This document shows positions 1 through 13,840 of a stretch of DNA of 64,000 bases, piece after piece; position 1 is the stretch's first letter, and each line of letters opens with the position of its first letter. Below the pieces are notes generated by a model. That model saw only the letters and a list, made by a program, of their open reading frames with translations, was not told the DNA's origin and made no database searches. Location: the NCBI GenBank assembly GCA_964016885.1, contig OZ024751.1, positions 13,082,001 through 13,146,000 of the forward strand, in the 5' to 3' direction. The DNA is from Eledone cirrhosa (lineage: Eukaryota). The translations under genes were made by a program, and so were the position numbers.

Positions 1-212
1 TATATATTAAATTAAATTGAAGTGAAAGCAACTGGTGCGTGTGTTTCTTATTGGCAACATGACCCTCCCAAAGTATAACAATATCGGTTTCAACACACGA
101 TTTCAGATAAAGAATCTTGCTAAACAAATTCAGAAACGAAATATATATATATATTTATATATATATATATATAAAAATTCAGCAAAATCGCATTTCGGCA
201 GTTAGAAATACA

Positions 213-490
213 CAGTTGTCCCCCGGTGTTCGCAGGGGCTATTCTCCTAGATCACACGTGCTCCTATAAACGTCAAAATATAATGTAAAATATAATAAAA
301 GAAAATGCGAAGGGGCGTCCAATAGGCCGGCATATTCGGTATATTGTAATAATAATTTAGCGTTAGAATAACCATTAAAAAATCACGGAAGATATTGACG
401 ATCTCGCGAATATGCGGTGGTATCCACGAAGAAATAATAGTTAGGTTTTAAGCAAAATTCCGCGAATAACCGGGACCGCGAATGTCGGTT
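213..490. mobile_element. Possible Tigger/pogo-like MITE remnant
   Basis: Starts CAGTTGTCCCCCGG and has repeated CCGCGAAT motifs near the other end; the right terminus is not clear. Confidence 0.3.
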
Positions 491-1060
491 ATTATATATA
501 TGTATCTATGTATATATATATGTATGTATGTATATTTATATATATATATATGTATGTATGTGTACATATATATATACATACATACATAGATATATATATA
601 TATGTATATATATACGTATGTATGTGTATATATATATACATATATGTATATATATACATATGTATATATATATATGTGTATATATACATACATACATATA
701 TATATATGAATATATATATATATGTGTATATATATGTATATATACATACATATATGTGTATATATATATATACATACGTATATATATGAATATATATATA
801 TATGTGTATATATATGTATATATACATACATATATGTGTATATATATATACATACGTATGTGTGTATAGATATATGTATGTGTATATATATATACATACA
901 TATATATATGTATATATGTATGTATGTATGTATTTGTATATATGTATATATGTATGTGTATATATATGTATGTATGTACGTGTATATATATGTATGTGTA
1001 TATATTTATTTATATGTATATATATATATATGTGTGTATATATATATATATGTATATATA
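491..1060. repeat. Compound (TA/TG/CA)n microsatellite
   Basis: Directly visible; source of the Y/I/H/V 'ORFs'. Confidence 0.95.
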
Positions 1061-1231
1061 AATAAATAAAATAAAATAAAATAACAGGAGGCTGGACTGG
1101 TGTAAATCCTTGAAGGGTTTATTATACTATGATCATTGCAATGACCGGGATCCGTATGAATCCGGTGAGATCAGGTATTGGAATATAACAAAGGAATATG
1201 TAAAAAACCAATATATATATATATGTATGTA

Positions 1232-1407
1232 AGTTTTAATATAGATGAGATTCTACAGGACTAGAACTGTTTCATTCCTGATGATTTCTAAAGAATGAAA
1301 CAGTTCTAGTCCTGTAGAATCTCATCTATATTAAAACTTTTATACTCTGCAATGTATTGAGTACCTTACTTACTGTGGTTACCTCCGATTCAACCCGGAA
1401 TAACGTA
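1232..1407 (+). mobile_element. Penelope-like tail/pLTR fragment (family B): fold-back with a hammerhead-like core
   Basis: Inverted arms 1232-1277 and 1293-1338. Core CTGATGA-T-TTC-TAAA-GAA-T-GAAA-CAGTTCTAGTC at 1278-1311. Near-identical copies at 17182-17376 and 57636-57765, diverged copy at 12375-12506, all bordering (TA)n. Confidence 0.65.
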
Positions 1408-1444
1408 CTATATATGTATGTATATATATATATATGTATATGTA

Positions 1445-1489
<45 letters not shown>

Positions 1490-1605
1490 GTATATATATG
1501 TATGTATATATATATATATATATATGTACATGTATATGTAACATATATATATATGTATATATGTATATGTATATGTATATATACATGTATATGGTATATA
1601 TATGT

Positions 1606-1639
<34 letters not shown>

Positions 1640-1685
1640 ATGTATAGAATTCACAAGAATCAAAGCTATGTTGAAAGCATTTATT

Positions 1686-1732
1686 CACTTACAATTGTTT
1701 CATACAAACCTAGGCTTGGAGTCTTCGGAGTA
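1686..1732 (-). ncRNA. Hammerhead-like motif (family C)
   Basis: Minus strand reads tact-CCGAAGA-ctcCAAGC-ctag-GTTTGtat-GAAA-CAATTG-TA-agtg, with a palindromic stem III. A diverged inverted copy lies at ~2250-2340. Confidence 0.5.
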
Positions 1733-2499
1733 TTTTTCAATGTTTGTTCACATAATTGACCTCCTTTCCAACGCAAGGGACATACAGATACATATATATA
1801 TATATTGATGTACAGTGGAGTGGCATATATTATACTATACTATTTTTGTACAGTAGTTCAAAATCAAAATCAAAATTAAAATCAAAATACTTTCGGCAGA
1901 TAACACAGATAATGCAAGAGGATAGTTTGATAGTCAGGTCTAGTAGGTAGTGTATGCGTTAGTTACACGTAGAGCATGCATGTGTGTCTCATTGTTATAC
2001 TATTATTGTGTGGCAGTGTGTTACAGGTAATGCAAGCACTTTAAGCGGGTAAGCAAGATTATTATGGTGGTTGTAGTGGTAAGGTATTTTTTGTATAGAA
2101 CAAAAAGGTATGTGTGCAGAAACATAAAAATAAAAATAAAATAAAAATAAAAAGAAGCAAAAGAAAGTTATGGTTTTCGTATCCACCATCATTTTAACAT
2201 TCAGAAAAAGTAATAATAATTTCTACATCCATCACATAAGTAACGATTATTCCGTATTGAACTCCAACCCTAGGTTTGGATGAAACAATTGTAAGGGAAT
2301 AAATGCTTTGAATATAGCTTTGATTCTAGTGTATTCTATATTACTGCTCTGTAGAACAAATGATGTTATTACATTGAGCTATTTATGTTACTGGTAATAA
2401 GGTAGTAAAAGATTACTGACCTTCACTGTTTGGGGTTTAAAATATACATAACTATAAAAAGTTTTAATATATACATAACCATAAATAGTATCCCTAATA

Positions 2500-3180
<681 letters not shown>

Positions 3181-3304
3181 TAGGAGGTGAGTTTTATTGT
3201 AGTACAATAAAGCAATGCAGATATCGGATGAGAAGCACTCTACAGTTTGTGGGACTGGAGTATGCATAATATAAGATCAAAAGATGGTTAAAGGAGTTCC
3301 ATAT

Positions 3305-3373
3305 ATTTTATTATGCGCATTTCAAAAACAAACATCATCAAGCAATAATATTTGTGTTTTCATCAGATAAAAC
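3305..3373 (-). ncRNA. Type I hammerhead ribozyme (family A, left arm)
   Basis: Reverse complement of 3496-3564. Confidence 0.75.
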
Positions 3374-3495
3374 AGGAGAACATGATATGAAGGCTAAAAA
3401 ACACTTGTTGATAGTGCAGTTTTAAATCAACATATATGTTGATTTAAAACTGCACTATCAACAAGTGTTTTTTAGCCTTCATATCATGTTCTCCT

Positions 3496-3564
3496 GTTTT
3501 ATCTGATGAAAACACAAATATTATTGCTTGATGATGTTTGTTTTTGAAATGCGCATAATAAAAT
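3496..3564 (+). ncRNA. Type I hammerhead ribozyme (family A, right arm)
   Basis: Stem I GTTTTAT/ATAAAAT; core CTGATGA 3503-3509; stem II AAACACAAATATTATT-GCTT-GATGATGTTTGTTTTT (three G.U, one C.U); GAAA 3546-3549; palindromic stem III (A)TGCGCA(T); cleavage triplet AUA. Confidence 0.75.
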
Positions 3565-3599
3565 ATATGGAACTCCTTTAACCATCTTTTGATCTTATA

Positions 3600-3600
<1 letters not shown>

Positions 3601-3647
<47 letters not shown>

Positions 3648-3760
3648 GTATATACATATATATATATATGTATATATATCTGTATATATATATGTATATA
3701 TATATATATGTATATATATATGTATATATATACGTATATATATATATGTATATATATATG

Positions 3761-3799
<39 letters not shown>

Positions 3800-3812
3800 G
3801 TATATACATATG

Positions 3813-3849
<37 letters not shown>

Positions 3850-3862
3850 GTATATACATATG

Positions 3863-3899
<37 letters not shown>

Positions 3900-3914
3900 G
3901 TATATACATATATG

Positions 3915-3951
<37 letters not shown>

Positions 3952-3982
3952 GTATATACATATATATGTATATACATATATG

Positions 3983-4013
<31 letters not shown>

Positions 4014-4164
4014 GTATATATATATATGTATATATATATGTATATATATATGTATATACATATTTATATATATGTATATATATATGTATATACATATGTA
4101 TATATATATGTATATATATATGTATATACATATTTATATATATGTATATATATATGTATATACA

Positions 4165-4203
<39 letters not shown>

Positions 4204-4350
4204 GTATATACATATATATATATATATATATATACATACATGTATATATATATATATGTATATACATATATGTATATATATGTATATATATATGTATATA
4301 TATATATGTGTGTATATATATATATATATCTGTGTGTATATATATATATA

Positions 4351-4424
<74 letters not shown>

Positions 4425-4683
4425 GTGTGTGTATATATATATGTGCGCATATGTGTGTGTGTGTGTATATCTATATGTATGTATATGTATATATGTATGT
4501 GTATGTATAAGTATATATATATGTATGTATATGTATATATATATGTATGTATATGTATATATATATATATATATATATGTATATGTATATATATATATGT
4601 ATATATATGTGTGTATATGTATGTGTGTATATATGTATTTATATATATGTATATATATATATATATATATGTGTGTATGTATG

Positions 4684-4716
<33 letters not shown>

Positions 4717-5146
4717 GTGTGTATATATATATGTATATATATATATGTGTATATATATATGTGTGTATATATATATGTATATATATGTGTATATGTATAT
4801 ATATGTGTGTGTGTGTATATGTATATATATGTGTATACGTATATATATATATGTATATATGTATATGTATGTGTGTATGTATATGTATATATATATGTAT
4901 GTGTATATGTGTATATGTGTGTGTATATATGTGTGTGTATATATGTGTGTATATATATGCATATATATATATGTGTATGTATATGTGTGTATATGTGTAT
5001 GTATATGTGTTTATATATATGTGTATATGTGTGTATATATATATGTATATATATGTATGTGTATATGTATATATATATATGTATATATATGTATATGTAT
5101 ATGTATGTATATATGTGTGGATATATATATGTATATATATATATAT
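3601..5146. repeat. Long compound (TA/TG)n microsatellite
   Basis: Directly visible. Confidence 0.95.
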
Positions 5147-5166
5147 CTTCCGTGAGAGATGACCTC

Positions 5167-5382
5167 TTAGCCTTTGTCAAGGCAGAATTCTAGAAGGAAA
5201 ACTCTGATATAACACCTGCAACCCTGATGGTATCCAATGATGTTGACTTGTTCTTCTTTTTGGTAAATATCATCTTGGTTAAGAGAGTGGGACTGGCTTT
5301 GTGCAGTGCCTTTGCTCACTATAAAAGCTTCACGGCATAGACGTTGCTTTATATCTGGAGATCTCTCTGCACTTGTCCTCAC
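5167..5382 (-). mobile_element. Possible decayed Penelope GIY-YIG endonuclease C-terminal fragment
   Basis: Translation KQRLCREAFIVSK...SLNQD resembles the R-x-x-x-EA-x-I...LN-x-D end of PLE endonucleases; short and weak. Confidence 0.3.
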
Positions 5383-5848
5383 ATGTTACCATGGGCCCAG
5401 CACTATGTGTCAGTAATTGTCACAAGTGTAGTGTTTGTACCAGAGTTTTCAAGTCGCTGGCTGGACTAAAAAGTCACACTCGTTCAGCGCATCAGTAGGG
5501 TTTCTCCTACATGGATATAAAGTAGTGGCCGTACTCGAAAACGAGTTGGCAGCCACCATATATGTGTATATGAATATATATATGTATGCATGCATGCATA
5601 TATATACACACACATTTACTACTATTAGAAATTAAAACACAGCACGACAAATACTAGTGACCTATTTTTTCAGACCCTACAAATATTACTAATATACCCT
5701 AGAAAGGATTGCTGAACGTACCAACCGAGACCGCTTGGCGCCGCAGTTTGGATTTTACATATCTATATACCCATTCTGCATTTAGTACTCCCATGATTAG
5801 TAGTTTCAGCATAAAAGATTTTCTCGCTCTTCCCCTCTCTCATATATA

Positions 5849-5938
5849 CAAGGTGTCCCCCAAAATGTATACACACTTCAACAACATTCAAATAAATATT
5901 GCATGTACAGGTACTCAAGGTGTGTATATTTTTGGGAC

Positions 5939-5944
<6 letters not shown>
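5849..5944. mobile_element. Tc1/mariner-type MITE (~100 bp)
   Basis: TIRs CAAGGTGTCCCCCAAAATGTATACAC / GTGTATATTTTTGGGACACCCT in TA context. Sister copies at 20009-20109 and 27460-27542, half copy at ~12790-12820. Confidence 0.75.
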
Positions 5945-6020
<76 letters not shown>

Positions 6021-6169
6021 TATGCGGGTTTGAGTATGCATTTTAATATGGAAATATACCTTTGCAAAACAACATCAATTAGAGTTCTGTCTCCATATCG
6101 ATAGATTGTGCGGCCTCACATATAGTCTAATGTGTCATCTGGAGACGACGTCTCATGGACTGCGTCATG

Positions 6170-7075
6170 CAATCTTCACGTAACCACTTCACCACAGAAA
6201 TACGTATCATGAATATTAAGTAATTAAAGAAGTTATGAAATTCAGCCTTCGTGTTGTATGCATGTATGTATGTACTTCTGGTTTTATAATTTCACAAATT
6301 TTTACCAATAGAGATAGAGTCGGTTTCTAACATAGACACAAGTCTCTCTCATTGGAATTTACACAACAACTAGGGAGATTATGTATGCATGCATGTGTAG
6401 ATATGGATGTTATTGTATGTGTGGATGTGTATGTTTTGAGTTGTATGTGTGCATGTGTCTATGCTTTGTATCTGTAAATGTAGTTATTAGATGCAACATT
6501 TTTGGAATGTTTTACATATTTTTACTGTTCCATTAATGGATTGTACTTGTAATTTCCGAACTAGTTGTGTTTTTTCTGTTCCTGTGAAGCCTAGCTTCTC
6601 AAGATTTGTATTTAAGCAGTTACTAACATACCCCAGTGCCCCAATAATCACAGGCATAAATCTGAAGGTGTAATCAGGGTGGAGTATCTGCAGATTTCTC
6701 ATCAGTTCTGCATAAATATTCTCCCTTTCGCTAATCTTTGATATTTTATTGGCATCTGCTGGGCAGCTAATTTCCACTACTGTGCATGCTTTCTTTTCCC
6801 TGTCCCATATCATAATATCTGGTCTGTTATGCCTGCATTTTATTGGGGTTTTTACTGGAACATTCCACCAGTACTCTTTCATATTAGGTATATGGATATC
6901 TTCCACATTGCTGTAGCTTTTAATGTGTTTATTATGGGGGCTATCTTTTCTACGGATTGCATTGTACAGTGTTTTGGCCACTACATCATGCCTCATAGGT
7001 AGATAGTACCGCGATGACATCTTTGGACTGCAGCTGATGACATGGGTTACATCTTCGATGTTAATTCTGCAGGGG
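6170..7075 (-). mobile_element. 5'-truncated R4/Dong-clade non-LTR retrotransposon (zinc-knuckle remnant, REL endonuclease, 3' UTR)
   Basis: ORF 6487-7116: CR...EDVTHVISCS, RHDVVA, WWNVPVKT, NRPDIMIWD, VVEISCP, PVIIGALG. The 5' end runs into a CA microsatellite; the 3' UTR boundary is approximate. Confidence 0.8.
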
Positions 7076-7119
7076 TGCGTGTGTGTGTGTGTGTGCGTGT
7101 GGCTGCCTGAGTACACGTC

Positions 7120-7320
7120 TTTTTTCTCAAAAATAAAACTTTCCGTTCCTCCCTCCTCTCACATTTTCTTTCCATTTCCTCTCTTATTTCTCATTCTATT
7201 TCTGATGGAAGACTAGTGTCCGAAACGTAAAGACTCTTTTCCCATTATATCAAGCATTAAACTATTATACTCATTCATTGCACCGAAATGTTTGCTCTGT
7301 TGTTTCCGTTACTTTTTACA
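7120..7320 (+). mobile_element. Penelope-like tail (family E) with a degenerate hammerhead core
   Basis: CTGATGGAA-GAC-TAGT-GTC-C-GAAA-CGTA at 7202-7229, followed by GCATTAAACTA. Similar layouts at 17975-18200(-), 22700-23020(+) and 62800-63050(+). Confidence 0.45.
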
Positions 7321-7443
7321 CACACACATATATATATACACACACATGTAATTATTTATATATATATATATAAATAAATCTGTATCTATCTATCATCTGT
7401 CTATTTCTGAGTGTGTGTGTGTGTATATGTATGTATGTGTGCA

Positions 7444-7480
<37 letters not shown>

Positions 7481-7885
7481 TTGTGTGTGTGAGTGCATAT
7501 ATATATATGTGTGTGTGTGTCTACATATATGTGTGTGTCTACACACACACATATACATATATACGCACACACACACACGTCTGTGTGTCTTTTTAACATT
7601 GGGAGTTTCACTATACTTTGGGTTGACACTAAATGAGATCAATAAAAAAGTTGTAGTCTTGAAAGAAATGCGCTGTGGTCGATATGATCAAGTTAATATT
7701 GTCAATCTGATGCCACAGCATGGCCGTAGTCTAACGAATGAAACTTGTCACATATTAAAAGAAATATATGAGATACTATTGTGATGTAAAGTAATCTGTC
7801 ACATATACACTCACTCTTTCACACACACAGATACACACACTTAGATACACACAACACGCTCTCTCTCAATGTCGCTCTTTTCCAA

Positions 7886-7920
<35 letters not shown>

Positions 7921-8450
7921 CGCACTTTGATACACATCGGTACACACACACACACGCTCTCTCTCTCCCGCACACATATATACAGACTTAGATGCACATC
8001 GGTATACACACACGCACAGAGAAACATTCAAAAACAAAAGCTTAAACACAAAAACACACACACACAGAGGCAAACACACACACACACAAACACCAAGGAA
8101 CAAATATACACACACAGAGGGGAAACATACAAACGCACACATGAATGTGTCTTCACACGGGTTTAAATTGTTAAATAGTACTGGAATGTCTGGGGCTTTG
8201 GTATCAATGGGTTTGTTTGTTTCTTTGTGTATGTGTAGGTGTGTGTGTGTAGGTGTGTATGTGTAGGTGTAGATGTGTATGTGTAGGTGTGTGTGTGTGA
8301 GTGTGTGTGAGTGTGTGTGAGTGTGTGCATACTTATTCACATATACACATGCATATCTCTATATATAACAATATATGTCACTTACTCTCTTTTTCTTTGC
8401 CCGTCCTGACTATACATATGCGCGCGCGCGTATACACACACACGCTTGCT

Positions 8451-8488
<38 letters not shown>

Positions 8489-8637
8489 CGTTCATACGTA
8501 CTTGTGTGAGTGTGTGTGATATGCAAACATGAAGTTGACATCCTTCAAAATGCACGCATATAAATGTATATATCCCTCTCCCTGTACTATATATAATGAA
8601 TGTGTGTATACATACACGCACACATATGTGCATGTGC

Positions 8638-8679
<42 letters not shown>

Positions 8680-9126
8680 GTGTATTTGTATGAGTGTGTG
8701 CGTATTTCAGAGCGTTCTATACTCGTATGTAAATGTCTAAATGTCTGCGTTCATGTTGCACGCACGTGCTCTAAGTGTTAGCATGGTGTGCAAAAGCTCA
8801 GCCAAGCGATTCAGACATAAGTCTGTTTTAAAGAAAGGGAAGCGGGCTCTCTTCAAACCAAGTGCGTTGCAAACATCAGGGTGCACTTATTTGCCGGGTA
8901 GCAGGTTACACCCTGGGTAACCAAATCCAGTGCAAATCCATCTTTACTTAATTAACGCCTTTTTGACATTAATTAAATGTAAGTACATAACAAGGTTTCT
9001 TTTGCTTACTATATTGGAAGATGTAAGGGATGGGTGGGCGGGTGTTCTGCAGATACATGAGTTGGAAGAGGAGGGTTGTAGGGTTTCAGTGTAGTGTAGA
9101 AGTGGAGCAGAGGATGGCAGTGTCTT

Positions 9127-9335
9127 AGAAGAAGAGAAAGAGGGGCGAAGTAAGAAGAAGAGAAAGAGGGGCGAAGTAAGAAGAAGAGAAAGAGGGGCGA
9201 AGTAAGAAGAAGAGAAAGAGAGGCGAAGTAAGAAGAAGAGAAAGAGGGGCGAAGTAAGAAGAAGAGAAAGAGGGGCGAAGTAAGAAGAAGAGAAAGAGGG
9301 GCGAAGTAAGAAGAAGAGAAAGAGGGGCGAAGTAA
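9127..9335. repeat. 26-bp minisatellite x8 (AGAAGAAGAGAAAGAGGGGCGAAGTA)
   Basis: Directly visible. Confidence 0.92.
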
Positions 9336-9451
9336 GGTGAGAGAAAGACAGAGAAAAGAGAAAGAAAGGAAAGAAGAATAAAAAGAACTTTGGGAAGGTA
9401 AAGAGAGATGAAGATATGCTTGTGCGCCTGTAAACACACACACGCACGCAC

Positions 9452-9518
<67 letters not shown>

Positions 9519-9697
9519 TATATATACACACACACACACCATACATATATAACATGATATTATATATGAAGTATCTTTTCGACTTAGAAAATACATTTCT
9601 ACATTCTACCTGCCAATATTCATTGGTCATTCAATTTAATGTTTTAATGTTTTAAATACTACGGTATTATAAACATATAATTTAACACATACACACA

Positions 9698-9745
<48 letters not shown>

Positions 9746-9919
9746 GATTGAGATATATAACGTATCTCTACCAAAACACAGCCACCGTACTTTAATTAAA
9801 ATGCGTGCACCACTGTGAACTATTGGTTGCAGTAGCATTACTGCAATCTGGCAGGTTTACTGAGCGGTCTTGGTGTTGGTCGGAGACCGTTCGGTTAATA
9901 ACAACGATATTCTTAAGCA

Positions 9920-10040
<121 letters not shown>

Positions 10041-10224
10041 ACATATCCAGTGCATGTTAAAGATCAGCATCCGATTGCACTGGGTATGTTTACTATCAAA
10101 TGTTGCACGGCAGGTATGCCAATCACTGCTGCGAAGACTGAGACAGTCGTCCTCACATGAACCTCTGTGCAGTGCACTCTGTGCACTCTGTGCAGTGCAC
10201 TCTGTGCAGTGCACTCTGCACTTG

Positions 10225-10332
10225 AGTGGAGTTACACTGAAGCAGCTGAGATTTTCGAGTATTTCGGAGCCGTTTTCACGAGTGACGAAATGCAGGAAGC
10301 TGAATTAAATACTAGAATTGCAACAGCTGCAA
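10225..10332 (+). mobile_element. RTE-type LINE RT C-terminal fragment
   Basis: EIFEYFGAVFTSDEMQEAELNTRIATAA resembles the F-x-YLG...EI-x-x-RI-x-x-A motif of RTE/L2-like RTs. Confidence 0.55.
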
Positions 10333-10488
10333 TTTTTTTTTTTTGGGGGGGGGTGTATTGACCCCCAACATTTTACTGGTACTTAATTTTATCGACACCT
10401 GAAAGATTAATATCAGAGTTGACTTCGGTGGTATTTGATCTGAGATCGTAAAGGGCCGTAATCCATCTCCCTATGATTTTCAGTTTAA

Positions 10489-10948
10489 CCATTTAACATT
10501 TGCATTAATCTAAATATACTATTGTATTTTTACACTAAAGGCTTTATCTCACATAATATCGAATCTATGAGATTTTGATATTTATTTTGAGAACAATACC
10601 TTATTTCGGTAGAGAGTGGTCAGATATGGCCAGTTTTATGTCGTTGTACGTAAACGGAGAGTAAGATTTGCTGGCCACTGCCATCGTACCACCTATGAGG
10701 CTGTGTCCCATTAGTACTTTGGTAAGCAGTCACTAATAACAAGGGGCGCAAGCTCTCCTACCCTGATGTCATCTCCAGATATTCTGGTATTGAAATCCAT
10801 GACTTGGCAACGGCGATGAACGACAGACCCACGTGGCGATCAACTGTTGAGTCCATTTCGGCTGAGGCCGCCGGATGATGATGGCCAGTTTGAACAGAAA
10901 GAAGTGAGAGATTTCTGTCCGCATATGGCTGGTTTAAATGTTAAAGGG
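10489..10948. mobile_element. piggyBac-like MITE flanked by TTAA
   Basis: TTAA|CCATTTAACATT ... AATGTTAAAGGG|TTAA: 12-bp TIR with one mismatch. Confidence 0.65.
10637..10880 (+). mobile_element. 5'-truncated RTE-like LINE 3' end nested in the MITE
   Basis: 11-bp TSD ATGGCCAGTTT (10626-10636 and 10881-10891). Translation NKGRKLSYPDVISRYSGIEIHDLATAMNDRPTWRSTV; (GAT)n tail. Confidence 0.7.
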
Positions 10949-11054
10949 TTAAGCATGATTCTCCCCACTCGTTAATATTCTGGAGCAGGACCTGCACAAG
11001 CTAGACAGCATAAATAATTATTTTATAATTTTTATGAAGTGTGAACAGCTATTT

Positions 11055-11330
11055 GGGCGGCAAATTGGCAGAATCATTAGAATGTCTGAAAGAATGCTTT
11101 GTGGTATTCGTTACATCTCACTGCTCTTTGAGTTCAAATCTCACCGAGGTCGATACAAAATGTTCCTGTCCAGTACTCGGTTCATTTAGTCCTCTATATC
11201 TCTTTAACCTCTATCACTCACTTTTGTTTTTCCCCAGATGAAACTGGTTGTATTCAGAGGATATGGGTCCGCCAGGTTTTAAATGCTTAAGAAATACCGT
11301 CTCCACCAGAAGTTACGGGTTAAAAGAAAT
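11055..11330 (+). mobile_element. tRNA-derived SINE, long-tail subtype (decayed)
   Basis: GGCGGCAAATTGGCAGAATCATTAGA head, GAGTTCAAATC B-box, tail shared with 11752-12045. Confidence 0.6.
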
Positions 11331-11751
11331 ATGAACTCTGGCTGCCTGATGTTTTGCAGCCAATCGCTTATTTTGCAATTATTAGATATGATTAAATAAA
11401 CGACACTTCGTTTACGTAAGTGTAACTATTGCATTTTGAAACCTATTTTGAAAAAAAAAAGCTATTAAATTGACATCAACAAATATGTTATTAGTAAATG
11501 CTTTTATTTTGTGAAAAAGATGTTGAAATGTTGAGCATAAATGGGTTTATATTAAGCGTAAATTAAATGGTTCCGTCTTATGAAAGACCCAATTGAAAGT
11601 AGGAATATGGAGGATATGGAATAGCTTAGTACCAAAAATTAACTTTTGATTGAAACTTCCGTAAACGCGAATATAACTGTATACAAATTTACTGGTCATT
11701 TTTTAAATAATTCTTTTCTAATTGCAGCCTTTTAAATAAATATAATAAATG

Positions 11752-12045
11752 AGGCGGCAAATTGTCAGAGTTGTTAGAACGTCGGATAGAATACTTTATG
11801 GAGATCAAATCCTGCCGAGGTCAACTTTGCCTTTCATCTCTTCGAGGTCGATAAAAAATGTACCATTCTAGAACTGAGGGTCAATTCTCTCTCTATATCT
11901 CTTTCTCATTTCCTCTCTCTTTCTCTGGAAGAAATCTGCTGTACTCAGGCCAGGAGAGCGATGGGCTCCGCCAGGCTTAAAAATGTCCAAGAAAAGCCGC
12001 ATGTCAATACGACGCCCTTACGACTCTATCAGGAGTTACGGAGGA
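11752..12045 (+). mobile_element. tRNA-derived SINE with Meta-like core, CT tract and long tail
   Basis: Core GCCGAGGTCAACTTTGCCTTTCATC..GGTCGATAAA..GTACC; tail CTCTGGAAGAAATCTGCTG...GGAGTTACGG. Also at 26990-27310(-), 32830-33140(-) and 49600-49830(+). Confidence 0.7.
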
Positions 12046-12374
12046 AAAATATCAAATAACATTTAAAGAGTTCCACTATAGTTTACTAACTAATGTTATA
12101 GGTTAGTTTACTAACCAAGCGGTTGTTTAATTGTTAATTGACAAAACTCTTTTTCGGTCTTATTTTATTTACTCCATCTTGTATTTCTAAACAATCAATA
12201 CATCTGACTATTGAGAAGATATCTTTGTCATATAAAGAAATGATAGACTATCATATATATATATATAAGTTTAAAGAGATCGATATATGGTATATAACGA
12301 TCATGCAGCTCTGTGACCGCTCAATCAGAACACACACACACACATTATATATATATATATATATATATATAAGC

Positions 12375-12506
12375 CCCGGGTTCAATCCGGAGCAACCACA
12401 GTAAGATACTCTACATTAGTAGAGTGTAAACAACAGTTTAATATAGAAATGGCTTCTACAGGACTAGAACTGTTTCATTCAAAAGAAATCATCAGGAAAG
12501 TCTGAT
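12375..12506 (-). mobile_element. Diverged family-B hammerhead-like Penelope-type tail
   Basis: Minus strand CTGATGA-T-TTC-TTTT-GAA-T-GAAA-CAGTTCTAGTC; homologous to 1278-1407. Confidence 0.6.
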
Positions 12507-12519
12507 GTGCATTACTGAT

Positions 12520-12768
12520 GCTTTGTATCGACGCTGTAAGGATAAAAGGCAAATTAACCTCGGCGGGATTTGAACATAGAAGTAAAAGGCCATAACTCTC
12601 TGCTGCAAAGCATGGTGTCTGACGCTCTACCGATTATGCCAATCCACCTCCCTAATTTAAATAATTGTTTCTACTTTTGGCACAAGGCCAGCCATTACCC
12701 CAGTGTATTACTGGTACTTTATTTTATCGACCCCGTAAGGATGAAAGGCAAAGTTAACCTCGGCATTT
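12520..12768 (-). mobile_element. Two partial short-tail SINE copies in tandem
   Basis: Core AAAGGCAAA..AACCTCGGC occurs twice. Confidence 0.7.
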
Positions 12769-13772
12769 TAATGTATTTTTTTGCCGTTGAAGTGTGTATA
12801 CATTTTTGGGGACACCCTGTATATATACATATATATATATTTCATTTTAGATTCTTTGTGCACTTGTTCGAGTCACCAGGCCATGGAAATCAAAACGGGT
12901 GTCTTCAACTAGAACAACCAACTAAGAAATACTCAGTTAGCAATTGTTTTTAGTGGCAAGTCTAACAGGGAAAGCAATATAGACTATTTGTGCTGATACA
13001 TCCCTGTTTCTATTATAGAACTGAACTTTCTGAAGCTGGTGTGTAGCTCTAGAATTTGCCACCCCCCATCAGATATACAATATATTGGTTTCTGATTTAA
13101 GCACAAGGCCAACAATATTTTGGAGAGGAGAAAGTCGATTAAATTGACTCCAGTGTATAACTGCTAGTTTATTTTATCGACACCGTCAGAATGAAAGCCA
13201 AAGAACAACATATTCCATTGTGACTCTCTCTTGAATTGCCACCCCGTTTGAATGCTGATCAGGGCACCCCCACTAAACCCAGTCCACAACCAATGGTAGG
13301 TTACTGTTCCGGAGAAAATATAAAAATAATTTTAAAAAAAGACGATTGCACTTCCGAAGCAGAGGGTCGGAACATATCCCACCAGGCATTCATTCTAGTC
13401 AATTGGTCGCCTTCTATTGATGAAGAATGTCTGCTACAGTGTAAATGCTTGAATAAATGTTGTCAGCAGAACTATACAGAGCGCCTATATGGAACTGTTT
13501 ATCGCCATTTTGTTAATGAATGGTGTTACTAATTATTTAATTAATTAGAGTGCAAATGGATATCAAAGAATACTTGCATCAGCAAAAGAAGAAATAAAAA
13601 TAACTACAAAAATAGATATAGCGCCCAGGATCTTTAGTGCACCGGACATATATGTGTGTGTGTATGTATGTATACCCCAATATATAAAAATATATCTATA
13701 TATCTCTCACTATTTCTCTATATGTATTTATACATGTATATGTGCACCAATATATATATATATATAAATAAT

Positions 13773-13840
<68 letters not shown>

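Larger units (their letters stand above)
3269..3600. repeat. Perfect ~332-bp palindrome (fold-back), centre CATATATG at 3431-3438
   Basis: By eye the left arm is the exact reverse complement of the right arm. Confidence 0.92.

Noticed and set aside
8770-9125. Possible exon in a unique-looking island
   Set aside because: No recognisable protein motif or convincing splice-site pair.
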